A stretch of 60,162 nt of DNA, filler included, from Platydemus manokwari (GCA_037951405.1; 6 parts of 6 records of this genome joined end to end with filler, not necessarily neighbours in it), one strand, 5' to 3'; positions 24,401 to 37,439 are shown, numbered from the whole stretch's first letter. The notes: generated by a model not told the origin, from the sequence alone. A program made the numbers and translations.

Positions 24401-27017
24401 AATGAATTACCGATAATAATAAGATTATCAGATAATAACATTACCTATAAAATACTTAACTGTAGTAGTCCAGGTAATTGTGAACAGGAGTAGTTAAATC
24501 AGCATCACAAACTATTTATTTAACAAAATCATAAAACACGATTCTTCACATGTAATGGTTTGTACACCTACCATAATTCGGTGATCCCTTTTAAAATGCT
24601 TGCCGTCCCCGGGGTTGAGAACCACTCAGATAAATAATTTGTTGTTAGAGCTTATCAATAATCAATATATTATGGTTGTGTTGCTGAAAAATTTAATAAA
24701 ACTAGTCAAAATTGATGATTTGATACACAGTGGTATGTCGAACTCAGACAAGGTAAGTCGTTGACAATAATACTGGATAATATTGGAGGACAGTCACACC
24801 CAACCATATTAATTCAAATATGATTTGTACACACAATTTTTCAACTGTGCACTTTTTCCTAGTAAAATGAATATGGTGAATTTTTTCCTCTAAAACGATC
24901 CTTGCCTGTGGCTTACCAGTCTGCCATAGAACACCACATTACCTATTTTAATTGTTTTTATCAATACTTCTCCTCTATGCAGAAATAATATGAAGATTAT
25001 GATGAAGATCTAGCAATTAAAATTCGTTTTGATATTATATTTCGCTTTATTATCAATTTGATTCTCAGTAGCTTTAGCTTAAGATTTTATGAACTTCAAA
25101 TTTTTGTGATTTCTCTTTTTTTTTAATATTAATTCTTCTATTTACGATGTAAAATTACAATATAATTAAATACAACAATTATCAGTGGTAAAATTTTAAA
25201 ATGAGATGATGGTTGTGAGCATTAATTTTAATTAAATTATAATAATTTTAAAATTTCAAAATAATTTAAAATAATTTTTAAATTAATTTTAAAATCATTA
25301 TTTTATAAAACGATTTTAAAGAAGATTGTTCTAAATAATAAATAAGATAATTTAAAGTTATTTTAATATTGTTTTATATAGACCTGATTAAGATTGATAT
25401 CAAAACTTTCCTGAATTATAATTTGTTTAAAGAAAATGAGTTCTTCTGTTGAAACATTAATTACAAGCGAAGTAACTGCTACTAAAAATGGCTATATAAA
25501 TTGATGAGAACTTATACCCATACACAGAAAAATATATGAAATAAAATATCATAAACAATGATACAATTATTCAAATATACCCTTATTTCAAATAGTTTTG
25601 ATTTTGACAGAAATTATTTTATGTTTCCATTTGCTTTCGTTGTTTATGGTGACTGAAGTGATTTTAAGGGCTTTTGCAGAAAGGATTATGAGGATTATCA
25701 AATAATTGTAAGAAAATTGAAATTATAGTGATTACTTGGGTTTCTGCGGATTGATACAATTGAATTGGTATATATTCTTCTAGGACTTCATGAGAAATAG
25801 GCTTAACCTTATGGCAGGAATGAGTCCTAATGATTTTCAATTAATTGCCCAAAAGGTCTATTTGCCCGCGCTAATATACTATTCTCTAAATTAGATTTTT
25901 GACATATTTAATTTCGCTCGTTATTTATTTATTCTCTTGAACTTAAATTTGATAGATAGTTATTTATTTCTCTCTCGATTTTTCGGTGACATTTTTATTT
26001 GGCGGATTACTATTTGCTTAAATTTATGACATTTTGTCAAGAATTTATTTCTGTTATTTTTTAATATTTCTTTTAATTAAATGTTTTAGTAATATTTGTA
26101 TTTTTAATTAAACTTAATATTTAGAACTATTTCTGTGAAATCGAAAAGCAAACCAAACAAAAATGTACATTAAAAAATTAATCAATTTAATGTTTGTATA
26201 ACAAGAATATTTTCCCAAATAAACTATTATTGGATATGCTTGTGTTGCGGTTGATTTTAGATTTTACTAGTTCTGGGGGCTTCAGTAACTGATATGATGA
26301 CCGAATTACTGGAAAATGAAACCCAGATTCGAATTTAATTACCAACTTATAATAACATAAATGAATCAGCGAATTGTGAGTAATATTATAACGTTACGAA
26401 AATCGTATCCATTAATTTAATCAATAACTTATGAATGAATTAAAGACCAATGTTATAACGATAATAGTGTCGATTGTTGAAATGCTAACTGCTTCTGAAA
26501 TCAAAACTCAAATTACAATTCAAAATGTTTATTAGTTAGGAAATTGAAACGTAACAATTATTATGAAAAAAACACAAACATTTATCAAATGTCCCGTACC
26601 TCTCCTGGGCGATTAGCAGGTAAATCTGCGTAACGGACGAAGCTAATTATTTTTGCACACAATGGAAGATGTTAGTTGCCGATAAATAAAATATTATCAT
26701 TTATTAATGAAATTAATAGTTAATTATAATTTAGTCTTTAAAAGAGTAAGCGTTAAAAAAGGTGTGATTAATGAAAATGACATTTCGTAATGAGATAAGT
26801 AATTTATTTTAATTTAGTTATATTATTTGAATAAAAGAAATCTAATGAAACAATAATCTGGATTTTCGTATTGCAATCGAAGGCTCTTATCTAAAGTATT
26901 AATTTTTCTTCAAACTAAGGAATTAATTACATTCAACTACATGTATTTTTGTTTAAATAATATTATTTAAGATAACCAATTTAAAACCAATTTATATTTT
27001 AAATTAGTCCTTATTTT

Positions 27018-27792
27018 ATGATTGACGAGAAAAAATTAAAAATACCAAGACCATCATGTTTAGATGTCATTAATGACAAATCGTCGTGTGGTTATAAACT
27101 AACTAACAAACCAAGGACAGTCTTAACAAATGTTCAACGTAGAAATTCTCAAACTGTTTCTCAACAAAATTCCAGTGAAATGTCAATTTTTCAAATGGCA
27201 GGGCAGGGAGAGATAATTCTCTTGGATGAAAAGTTGAATGAGTCTGGTGTAAATATAGATATCCAAGATAACAATGTAATATTTGGTTAAGGTATTTTGC
27301 TTTAGTTATGTTTTAAGGGATTTTCACCTCTCATGTGGGCATGTGCAAATAATCAAAAGCAAACAGTCGAACTTCTCATTTATCGAGGTGCAAACTTTAA
27401 TCTTTGTGCCGATAACGGTGAAAATTCACTATTATTAGCATCACATTACGGTCATAAAGAGATCGTTCAATATCTGTTAAAGTATTAATATTTTATTAAC
27501 TTTCCATTAATATTCTGTAATGCAATTGGTAGTTATCGTATCATTTTAATTTCTTAGGGTTGGAATGGATATCAATTCAAATGATGAATTAGAAAATACA
27601 AGCCTAATATTTGCTGCATACAACAATCACGCAGAATGTTGCAAGATCTTATTAGAATGGGGTGCTGATTTAACAATGAAGAACTGTGAAGGTTTATGCG
27701 CATATGAAGTGGCAGTCAAAAGAAATAATATTGCTTCAATAAATGTCATTCGTCAACATATAATCCAAATTTTAGAAGATTCATTATTTTAA
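27018..27792 (+). CDS. ANKRA2: Ankyrin repeat protein, RFXANK/ANKRA2 family
   Basis: Exons 27018-27275, 27318-27481, 27558-27792 (GT-AG, in frame). TVLTNVQRRN and SIFQMAGQGE match the RFXANK/ANKRA2 TLTNxQRGN / SIHQLAAQGE motifs. Ankyrin repeats follow (GFSPLMWAC, GENSLLLASHYGH, ENTSLIFAAYNNH). Confidence 0.85.
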
Positions 27793-27924
27793 GTGTTTTA
27801 ATTTTTAGATATTTACAAAAATAAAATTTCCAAATAAAAATGTGTATTTTATTAGAAAAGGCGAAACAAATTAATAATGCATATTGTAGTTCAGTAAACT
27901 ACTGAGATTAATAAACTGGCTGTG

Positions 27925-28826
27925 TTAAGTTCTTGAACCCTGCTCTTGTAACATCTAAATAGATACGTTTACAGAATATGTCTCAAACAGTTCAAGAAAT
28001 TTACCCGAACTCTTTCTGTTGATTCTTGCCTAGGTACTTTACTAATGTTAATAGGACATTCTTTGGATACTATGCAGATGAATTCGGGGCAATCTTCATT
28101 TTTATAACAGTAATTAGATCCAATTGAAACCATCTATGAAGAATATTCATTAGTTTTCAACGTTTTTTTAATAAATATTTGGCATTTCGTTACAAAGTCA
28201 TTATATTTAATTAATAATTCTTAGAAACTGTAAGTATTAAATCAATTTAAGAAAATAACTTGTTCAAATTTCCACCCGTCTGACATTGATGAAATAGTAC
28301 GAGTTAATTCATCTTCTGAACACTGGAGAACTCTATAGACAGATCTAACTGCATTCTATAAATAATTAAAAATGCACAACAATTACTCAAAGTTACGTTG
28401 TTCAAATTTTCTTCTCTTTCTTTTTGTCGAGATTTTATTTTGTCTATGATACCTGTTATATTATAAAATTCTGCTTCTTCGAGTACTCCTGCTGAAAAAT
28501 TAAGCACTTATAATAAAATAAATAACTACCTTCTTCACATAAATTACCGTCGATCACTACTTTTCCATGGCGTAAGTAATTAAGGATAATTGGAAAATAT
28601 CTGGGATCTCTGTCAATCATGTATGCACCGTTTTCATCCTTAAAATAGTAATACATACATTATATATTAATATATTCAATACCTTGCATGTTTTAAGTAA
28701 TTCATCATCTTGTACAAGCCTATAAAGAAAGGACTTTGGTTCTTTATCAATAGATAATTTGGAAGTTAAAAATGTTTCACCACCAACATTAAATTTATAC
28801 CAGTTAGAAAATTTACTATTATTCAT
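27925..28826 (-). CDS. KCTD5: BTB/POZ (T1-type) protein, KCTD2/5/17 family
   Basis: Six exons 28826-28683, 28638-28530, 28488-28397, 28355-28260, 28133-28005, 27954-27925. Motifs [64 protein letters not shown], and the C-terminal LQEQGSRT*. Confidence 0.95.
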
Positions 28827-28990
28827 GGAATATATTTTATAATCTCAATAATTTTGCATTCAAATATTTGCGTATACACTTGATAAATTCAAACTAAAAT
28901 TATTGTAAATTTATTTTTTAATAAGATTTTTAATATAATTTCAATTATGAAATGAAAGCTTATTCAGAAATATCTATTCATTTTAAATTT

Positions 28991-29090
28991 NNNNNNNNNN
29001 NNNNNNNNNNNNNNNNNNNNNNNNNNNNNNNNNNTTAATTAATTAANNNNNNNNNNNNNNNNNNNNNNNNNNNNNNNNNNNNNNNNNNNN
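28991..29090. other. Artificial contig-joining spacer
   Basis: 44N-TTAATTAATTAA-44N. Confidence 0.95.
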
Positions 29091-29799
29091 ATAATAATCA
29101 ACCATTAGAAATATTCAGCCCGATTAACAATTCCGTATGAATAGTCAAGATGAATTAGTAATCCAAGATTATCAAATCGAATAAATTAAATCTGGTGAAA
29201 TTAAATATCACACACTCATTGTAAAAATTCTGACAAGCAAAGTGAACATTAATATCTAGAAATCAAGAGAAGTAAAATGAACACCGGATTACGATTTATC
29301 ATTTTATTTAATAAACAGATAATTAGGCGAATAAACATAATTCACCAGCATTTAACAGTGAAAAATATTAATAGTATAAGCACTCAAGGTAAAATGAGAC
29401 AGGACACAAAAAATAAAATCCGGATTTACAGACTAGTTGTGAAAGCTATTTTGAACTTGAAATATTCGTGGAAAAATTTGATAATATCTCTGAAAATTTA
29501 TTGGCTATTATCCCGTCCTTGAAAATTTGAATCTGGAAGATTTGAATATTTGGCAAAAGGATCATCATGTAATAAAACTCTCTTTTTGTGAAAATTTAAC
29601 TATTCCTTGCCAGAGATTAACTATAATATTTTGGATTTTCCAGTAAATACACTTAGTATCTCAATTAAATAAGATCTATATTTAATTAAATAAGTTAAGA
29701 TAAGCCAAGCTCAATTCCCAAATAATTAATTTGAGTTATTTTTAATGTGTTGTTATTTAATTTTTGGTGTAACTTGGTAACTTAATTTTTAATAGGGGC

Positions 29800-31500
29800 A
29801 AAATCTACTAATTTAACAAAGAGATTTGGAATGATAAAATCAATCCAAAAAATACTGATTTGAATTAAAAGAAAGAAGCCGTCATACTACCAGCTATTGG
29901 AGATTCGAGTCCAACATAGAATAGACGAAATGAGGGTTTAGAATGGAAAGAAAATGAAGAATTCTTATGAGATAAAGTCAATAGGGGTGGACATATCCTG
30001 TGTTTTTGTTGGGCATAAAGTGAAGTCAAGTTCAGGGTATACCTGTGATGAAATGGATTAAGATCAGGATTTAGAAAACTATTAGAGAAAATTGAAAATA
30101 TGAAAGTAGAACTCACAGGTACGTAAATAAAATATAAACGACTAACTCAATTAAAGTTAGTGGAAACAATTAAAATTGAAAGAAGAAAGTAAGTTAAGCA
30201 TGTGTCATTGAAGCAAGAAATAGATATGACAGTAATTTTAATAATTTTCAAGATCGGGTAGAAAGAAGTGATTGAGAAATTAAAATAAGTATATAACACT
30301 GAAGAGATTGTGAAATACACAAAGAAAAAAAAATCTTGATTACAAATAATGGGGCTAATAAACTAAATAAAACTACATTTTAATAATAAGTTAAATAATT
30401 ATCAAATAATGACAGTCAATTCATAAAGAATGATCAGAAAATTTTTGACACGATATGAATCAGGAAAGAAACGCGTAATTTTTTGCAAAGTTTATAATAT
30501 AAAGTCTTCCAGATGAGTCCGAAATACAAAAATGACAATAAAAATAGAATAATAAATGGTAGTTATGCAAAAATTACCCATGTCAGAAAGACTCATACAT
30601 TAGAGAACTGCTAATAACAGAAAACTGACAATGTCTCCAAGGAACAGGGTGTCTGACCACATTCGTTATTAAGTCAATGTACAATGTAAAAGAAAATAAG
30701 TTTAACGAATTCATGGATTAATTAAAGGAACACTATGAAGATTATTGGAATTAGACAGAAAACAATACTAAAATAGACATGAATAGAGTATGATATAGAA
30801 GACAAGAATCAATGTAATGTAAAATATCTCCTGCATAAAATATTCTATAACTTAGTAAACTGAATCCGAGAAGAAAGAGATGAATGAAGAAAACGATATA
30901 ATGAAATAAATCCATTGTTGAAGAAACTGGTAAACACAATTAGGGAGTATACAAATAATGAAAGACTGGTAAGAAATTTGAGTTAACGGATAAGATGATT
31001 GTTGACACAAGGTCATCCAGATAGGATATGATGGACAATAGTAGCAAAAGAATTTGCAAATGAGACTTTATAGATATCTGGAAATGTAAAGTGTTCATAA
31101 GAAAAGAATACCTTCGAGACAAAGAAGATAACAATATAAAGATACCAGAAATAACAAATAGCACTAACAATGATATACTAATACCGTAACGAGATCCTTA
31201 TCCAGAATGGAAAATTGGGGTAAAGAAACCGAATTTTATGAGGGATATAAATTACGTAGATACTAAAAATAATGGAAATAAGAATTACTTTAGAATAAGA
31301 TGATGAGCATACAGAAATAATCAGATGAGAGAAACCAATAGACGTTGAGCCAATGTTTGTCATATATTTATTGATGAAAGATGAAAAGAATGACATATAT
31401 AATATAACGATACATGTCGATTTGAAAGAATCAGTAACCAAAATTACAGATCCAACAATGAGTAAATATGCTATATCAGTTGGAGCAGAAAAAAATCATT
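29800..31500 (+). mobile_element. Highly degenerate gag-protease region of an LTR retrotransposon
   Basis: Strongly purine/A-skewed coding-like strand with many stops. MIVDTR at 30995 resembles the retropepsin IVDTG active site. The hydrophobic minus-strand ORFs here are a by-product of the skew. Confidence 0.45.
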
Positions 31501-32134
31501 CTAATAATAACTTTAATTTATCGCAAAAGTAAACTAAAAAGTAAATCTTGGTTTATAAAAATAGTAAATATAAACAAGAAACTCCAAAATATTCAAAATG
31601 ATGCCAAAATCGCAGGTGATTAAACACCACGGTGGTATCAATACAATTCTCAGGTATCTAATTCATATATTGTCTTCATTAATATTTATTTGTAAATTAA
31701 AGAAATGAAATAAAACGCATCACACAAGAAATTCAATGCTGTTTTGGTTTAAGCTGGTAAAGTATATTTATTTAAAAAAAAATTATTATTTAGTGCAAAA
31801 TGCAAGATATAATATACAAATTAGATTGTACTTCGTTTAAAAAATTGCATATTAATAAGTAAGTATTTCAAACGATCACTTTACTCTAAACACTATTTGC
31901 AAGTTTTGATTACTACAAATAAACTCAAAAGAGAAAAATTAATTCTTCTTTGAACAAAAAATTAAAATAAAAAGGTTGTTGAAAAACAAATTCATGATAG
32001 CTGGCATATCAAACAAATATTCTAATTATCAATTAATTGTTTAATCAATTAATTATGATATTTTATAATCAAAGATAAAAAGATAAATTAAATTTAAACC
32101 ATTGAATCGAAAAAGTAATTAAATTTTATTAAAT

Positions 32135-33223
32135 ATGCCGGATGAAGAAGTAGTTATCATATCATGCGAGGAAGTAGAAAGATTTTGCATAGATTGTCTT
32201 AAAGCAGCGGGTGCAAAAGAATCGCACGCAAAACAACTTGCTATTGTTCTTGTGGCAGCAGATCATCGCGGTCATTTCAGTCATGGTCTTAATAGATTGG
32301 AAATGTACGTTAATGATCTGAAGGAAGCAAAAGTAAGTAAAACTGACGAGCCGAAAATAATCAAAGAAAGCGTATCTACTGCCTACATAGACGGATTTAA
32401 CTGTTTGGGGCCAGTAGTTGGGAATTTTTGTATGAAAATAGCAATTGATAAAGCTAAAGAAACTGGAATAGGTTGGATAGTTGCAAAAAATTCAAATCAT
32501 TATGGAATAGCTGGATGGTATTCAATGATGGCATCAGAACAAGGATTAATTGGATTATCATTTACAAATACGTCTCCTTTGGTTTTTCCAACTAGATCAA
32601 AGCAAACAGCTATTGGAACCAATCCGATATCAGTTGCCGCTCCAGGAAAATCGAAAGATGATTCAATGATTATTGATATGGCAACATCATCAGTGGCTCT
32701 TGGAAAACTTGAGATGAAGAGGCGTACTAATATGCCCATACCTTTGGGTTGGGCAGCTGATTCAGATGGTAAAGTTACCGATGATCCAGTAAAAGCTATC
32801 AACGGGGGTCTGCTTCCACTGGGCGGAACAGAAGAAACAGGGGGTTATAAGGGTTTTGGTTTAGGATTAATGGTAGAAATATTTTGTGGAATGTTAGCAG
32901 ATTCGGCATATGGTCCCAATATTAGGAAATGGACAGATCGGAATAAGGTAGCTAATCTTGGTCAATGCTTCGCGGCAATTGATCCAAATGCTTTTGCCCC
33001 GAAATTTCAGGAGAGGATTACCCAATTTAGTTCTGAAATCCGTCAATTACCAAGGGAAAATAAAGATCTACCAGTTGTCGTACCAGGTGATCCTGAAAGA
33101 ATTCACATAAAAAAATGTAATGATAACAAGGGCATTTCTTATGTTGCAGTTTTGATAGGCAGTATGAATGATTTGGCAGAACGACTTAACGTGAAAAAAC
33201 TAAACCCAATTACCAAGAAATAA
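32135..33223 (+). CDS. Ldh_2-family NAD(P)-dependent oxidoreductase (malate/L-lactate dehydrogenase type 2, YbiC/ComC-like), intronless
   Basis: 362-aa ORF with family motifs AD.RG..SHG..RL..Y, NSNHYG.AG.Y, GTNPI, DMATS.VA.GK, LLPLGG...GYKGFGL, PGDPE. Confidence 0.95.
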   Translation: MPDEEVVIISCEEVERFCIDCLKAAGAKESHAKQLAIVLVAADHRGHFSHGLNRLEMYVNDLKEAKVSKTDEPKIIKESVSTAYIDGFNCLGPVVGNFCMKIAIDKAKETGIGWIVAKNSNHYGIAGWYSMMASEQGLIGLSFTNTSPLVFPTRSKQTAIGTNPISVAAPGKSKDDSMIIDMATSSVALGKLEMKRRTNMPIPLGWAADSDGKVTDDPVKAINGGLLPLGGTEETGGYKGFGLGLMVEIFCGMLADSAYGPNIRKWTDRNKVANLGQCFAAIDPNAFAPKFQERITQFSSEIRQLPRENKDLPVVVPGDPERIHIKKCNDNKGISYVAVLIGSMNDLAERLNVKKLNPITKK

Positions 33224-34037
33224 TTTTTTTTGAGTTTTTACAATTTTTCTACTATTCTCTATTAATTAGTGTTTTTAATTGCATTATTCCTATTTATTTT
33301 CGAATTAAATTATTTTTTTTCGATTTGAGTAATATATTTTAAAATTTCACAATAGATTTTTAAAAGACGGGTATTTAGTTGAATGAAATTCCTCTCTAAC
33401 CCTAATCATATTAGAGTTGTTTTCCACTCAAATGACTTTTTGGCAAAACCGATATTTAGGTACAGTCTTTTCCGATAATTATAATTACTATTACAAAATC
33501 ATAGCTAAATTAAAAAAAATTTACACGGCTATTTTACACAGCAGTTATTTCATGTCAACAGCTATGATTGCGTAGAAATGTGTCACAGAAAGGATTTGAA
33601 ATTAATGGTGGTAATTTTTTGTATGATGTCTCAAGCTGAAAGTTCAAAGAGATTTTGTATAATAATGTAGTTTTCGACTACTACTAAAAAGTAAACATTT
33701 TTGTGGAATCATCTAGAAATAAAATGAATTGAAATGTTGGTCATACCTTATTGAAAACATTTTAATTAACATGGTTCCATTAATAAATTAATTAAGAAGA
33801 TTGACTTTGTAAGCACAATGAGTGAATCAGTAAAGTAAACCTGGTTATAATTTTTAACAATCAAAGTACGAACATTTATAATTAAGAATTAAATGCATAC
33901 TTATCAACATCAATAATTAAATTTCTACAAAATTAAATGGTCGAACCTTTCTAGAAAGCACAAATGTTAGCATATACACAATTTCTGACTGCGAACAAAT
34001 TTCTTATTTAATATTAAATTTTTTATGCTGAACATTA

Positions 34038-34160
34038 CTCCTATTTCGGCTCTCCGTAGAAGCCTTCAAGAACGATAGCTGCAATGATACTGATGGTGGT
34101 TTCAAGATAGAGATATTGTCCTATTTCTGCCTTCTCTGAGTCTCATCAGTGCCCCAGATC
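34038..34160 (-). ncRNA. Two tandem degenerate hammerhead-ribozyme-like motifs
   Basis: Motif 1: CTGATGA-GACTCAGAGAAGGCA-GAAATAG..CTATC. Motif 2, ~80 nt downstream: CTTGAA-GGCTTC(TACG)GAGAGCC-GAAATAG. Cores and stems are imperfect. Confidence 0.5.
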
Positions 34161-35199
34161 AGAGACAGATCGAACTTAAAGAAATCTAGGAAATAGCTTT
34201 ACGTTTATATACAAATTTAGAGACCAATTCATCAAATGATTCAAAACACAGCATTTTAAAGCGCTGACGCAGGCAAATCCCGTTGGAGTATGAAAACTTG
34301 AAAAAAACTAATTCATAATGGATTAAAAATTATGTTACATGTTTGATGGATGGGTGTCTCAATCTGATAATTAATTAAAAATAATAATTATATTACAATT
34401 TATTATAATTTTTATACAAAGTTCTTATTATCAACTAGTATAAATAGTTGAAAAATATTTTATAAAATTATACAAAATTTTTGTTTAAATTCACTACATA
34501 GTAACTATGTTGGTAGTATTTTATTTTACATTATATTTTTATGTTTTAAGGTGCCAAAGTACGTACCCACTAGGCTTACCCTTTTAAACAGATTTTGCGT
34601 TTTAAATTATTTGTTTTAATCAAATAACTACTATTGTTTCATTTTGTTTTAACTCTGTATCCATTTAGTTATAAACAGCTTATATAACAATAACATGGTT
34701 TATTGGCCATATTGTTACATTTGTTGAGAAGTAGATATAAATCGAAATACGTCCCAAAACAAACCCATGTAAACATCCGTTGACATAATTGACGGCAAGA
34801 TATAACCATTGACAGAATAATTACTTTCACAGAAATAATCATCAACTAAAATAGAAAGTTGTATATAAAATTTTAAATTAAAAACAACCCAATGACAATA
34901 ACCCCTGTCTACCCGATACCAACAGCCTCTAATAATTATGAAAAATTTCTAATATTCTTTAAACCTATATTTATTATCAAGAACTCTCAATGATCCAATC
35001 GAAAAACGTTTCAATTGACTATTCAGCAAATCTAACAACAGTCATTAATTTTGATCTTCGCTTTTTGCCATATAAAAAATAATTGATTTTTACATTTTTA
35101 CTTTAGGCACATTTTATTTTATTCTGATAGAAATAAAATAATGTGTGTAAATAATGTGTGTAAATAATGAGAACGTCCACTTGATAAGAGTGTTGGGTA

Positions 35200-35690
35200 T
35201 ATCACAAATCAGTCAAAAGAGTCCTAAGAACCAAGGGAAAACCCTGGAAAGGGTCAATACACGCAAACCCGAAAAACACACGTGCCGTTAACCAATCAAA
35301 TTCGTTTTAATGTTAATCCATATTCAGAAGCTAAGAATCGACAGCCACATGCCTACAAACAGCAGCAAGCTCAAATATCCGCCAATGACATGAGAGATAT
35401 AAAGGAAAATCTCAAGTAAATCGATCCACAAACAAATTCAGCGAATTGAAAACGAAGATCCGCGACATAAAGCAGGAACACCCGATAGGTCTATAAAAGA
35501 GGTTGAATTCCATGGATTCTTGCTAGTCTTTTTTAGTCGGTAACTTTAGTGCTTAGATTATGTGTGATTTCAGTAATCAGTCTCTTTGATTACTCTTCAT
35601 TCTGTTTTTGATTTTAGGGCGCTGATCCCATCTTGAGTGATTTTTTTTTGAATTTCGTAAAGTATTGAGACTGCTAACTATTTTTGATAA
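35200..35690 (+). repeat. Dispersed ~500 bp LTR-like repeat (family R1), copy 1
   Basis: CACGTG, CCAAT and CTATAAAA in promoter order. Homologous to the reverse-oriented copies at ~36040-36520, ~37440-37870 and ~49280-49680. Confidence 0.65.
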
Positions 35691-36039
35691 TAATAATAAT
35701 AATAATTCATAACTAAAAATATTAAGAAGTTAAAATATATAGTGATATCTGGTCAATAAACCTTTTAGAATTTACAAGAATAGTTTTAAATTCGAATCGA
35801 TTAACACATAAAACATTGATTTGAGTTATATGTTGTTATAAATTTTAATTTTTTAAGTCTTTTTCAAATATCGACTGGTTGATTTATATAATTTAATTTG
35901 ATAATTGAAGTGTTTCTATTCTTATACATAAGATGTTATTCTTGTATTCATAGAACTCTTAGAATATTAACTGATGCTGATTATTGGAAATTGTAATTTA
36001 AATCACAATGCATTACCAACTCGATTCTTCACCAAACAC

Positions 36040-36520
36040 AATTGAAATCACGTAAAATCAACAATAAATAATAACGCAAAATGGAATCATTGTCCAGAAG
36101 TTAAACAACAAAGCAGAAGAAAACCACAACTATTGATTGTTAGAAAAATCATGAAAAAGTTACACAGAAAAGAATTTTTCAACCAAATAACCCGGTAGAT
36201 GCTCGTGAAATCCAAATCCTTTAATAAGCTTTTCGTTTGTGATCACGTGATGTCCGGGAGCTTCACTTTTCATTTGATAGAGACGTTCACAGGTAGATCT
36301 GTTAGGAAATTTTCTTGCATCTCTCATGCCATTTGGTAAATGTCGATGTTAGTTGTCAGTTGTTGGTATGTGCCAGTAGATTATTAAATTCTAAATACGT
36401 TATATAGGAAGAATTCGATTGGCTTTGGCACGTGCACTTATCGAATATGTGTATCAACCCATGGTTTCCGTAAATGTTTTGGTTGTGTTTAGCTGACCTA
36501 CACAACAGAACCATGAAATA
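36040..36520 (-). repeat. R1 repeat copy 2
   Basis: rc GCACGTGCCAAAGCCAATCGAATTC...ATGGCATGAGAGATGCAAGAAAAT aligns by eye with copy 1. Confidence 0.65.
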
Positions 36521-37439
36521 GCGCATATTTGAGAATCTAGTAATTTTATTTTTAAAATATCATGCTTTATGCGATTTTTTTTCAGCAATTGCTGCTGAAA
36601 CATTTGTAAAGTCATTGTAAAATTTTTTGTAAATATTTGATGTCTATTCAATGTTTAAAATAAGTTTAAAAACATTCTTATTGTTAAATGACAATAATTC
36701 AATGTAATTTCTATCTAATTCACGGACCGAATAGTCGCCACACATCTATGCAATTTCCATATCTCCAGGCAAAGGAAATCATATTACTTCTTTTTTGAAT
36801 ATAATATTTTGATAATGTTATTATTTCTAATAAGTTTATGATACCAGTTATTTTTGTTGCTTATTGTGTACTTAAAAGCAGAATAATATTTACAAAATGG
36901 GTTAATTTATGAAAATAAAAGAAAGTAGTATATAAGTAGTATGTAATGCTTAGAGATAAAATTATATAATAATTTAAATACGAAAATTAAAGTGAATTTT
37001 TGATTTATTTGTGAAAATTTAAAGAAAACATTGCGAGAAAAATCCATTAAAAATCTAATAAAATAAAATCTTATTAAATTTAAAACAAATCCATAATGAA
37101 GCACGATGAAAGAAAAATGACCAATTATTAACATGAAGATTAGCAAGAATAAAAACAATCCAGGGAATTATTTCTAGACAGCTAATGAGTGATGAAACAA
37201 CTATATAAAAAAACAGTTGACTGATAAAACTAAGCCCCACAATTTAAAGCACTAGAAGTCGTTATTGCGCATTAGAAAGAAAATAAATTCTCTTAGCTTC
37301 TAACATTTGAAGTTAAGTTAATTCCAAAGCTTTTGCCACAACTATTAAAAATAAAATGCCATTACTTTAAAGCTCCTATTTATGCCTTATATTTCATATT
37401 TATAACAATTCTTAAGTAATATTTTTTCCTATTACAACA

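Noticed and set aside
24613-24626. GGTTGAGAACCACT as the partner TIR of the hAT end at 19007
   Set aside because: Lies across a spacer in another contig; an isolated 14-mer only.
29865-31441. Several hydrophobic minus-strand ORFs as membrane proteins
   Set aside because: Expected artefact of reading the antisense of an A/purine-rich retroelement relic.
32500-32802. 100-aa antisense ORF
   Set aside because: Shadow of the Ldh_2 gene on the opposite strand.
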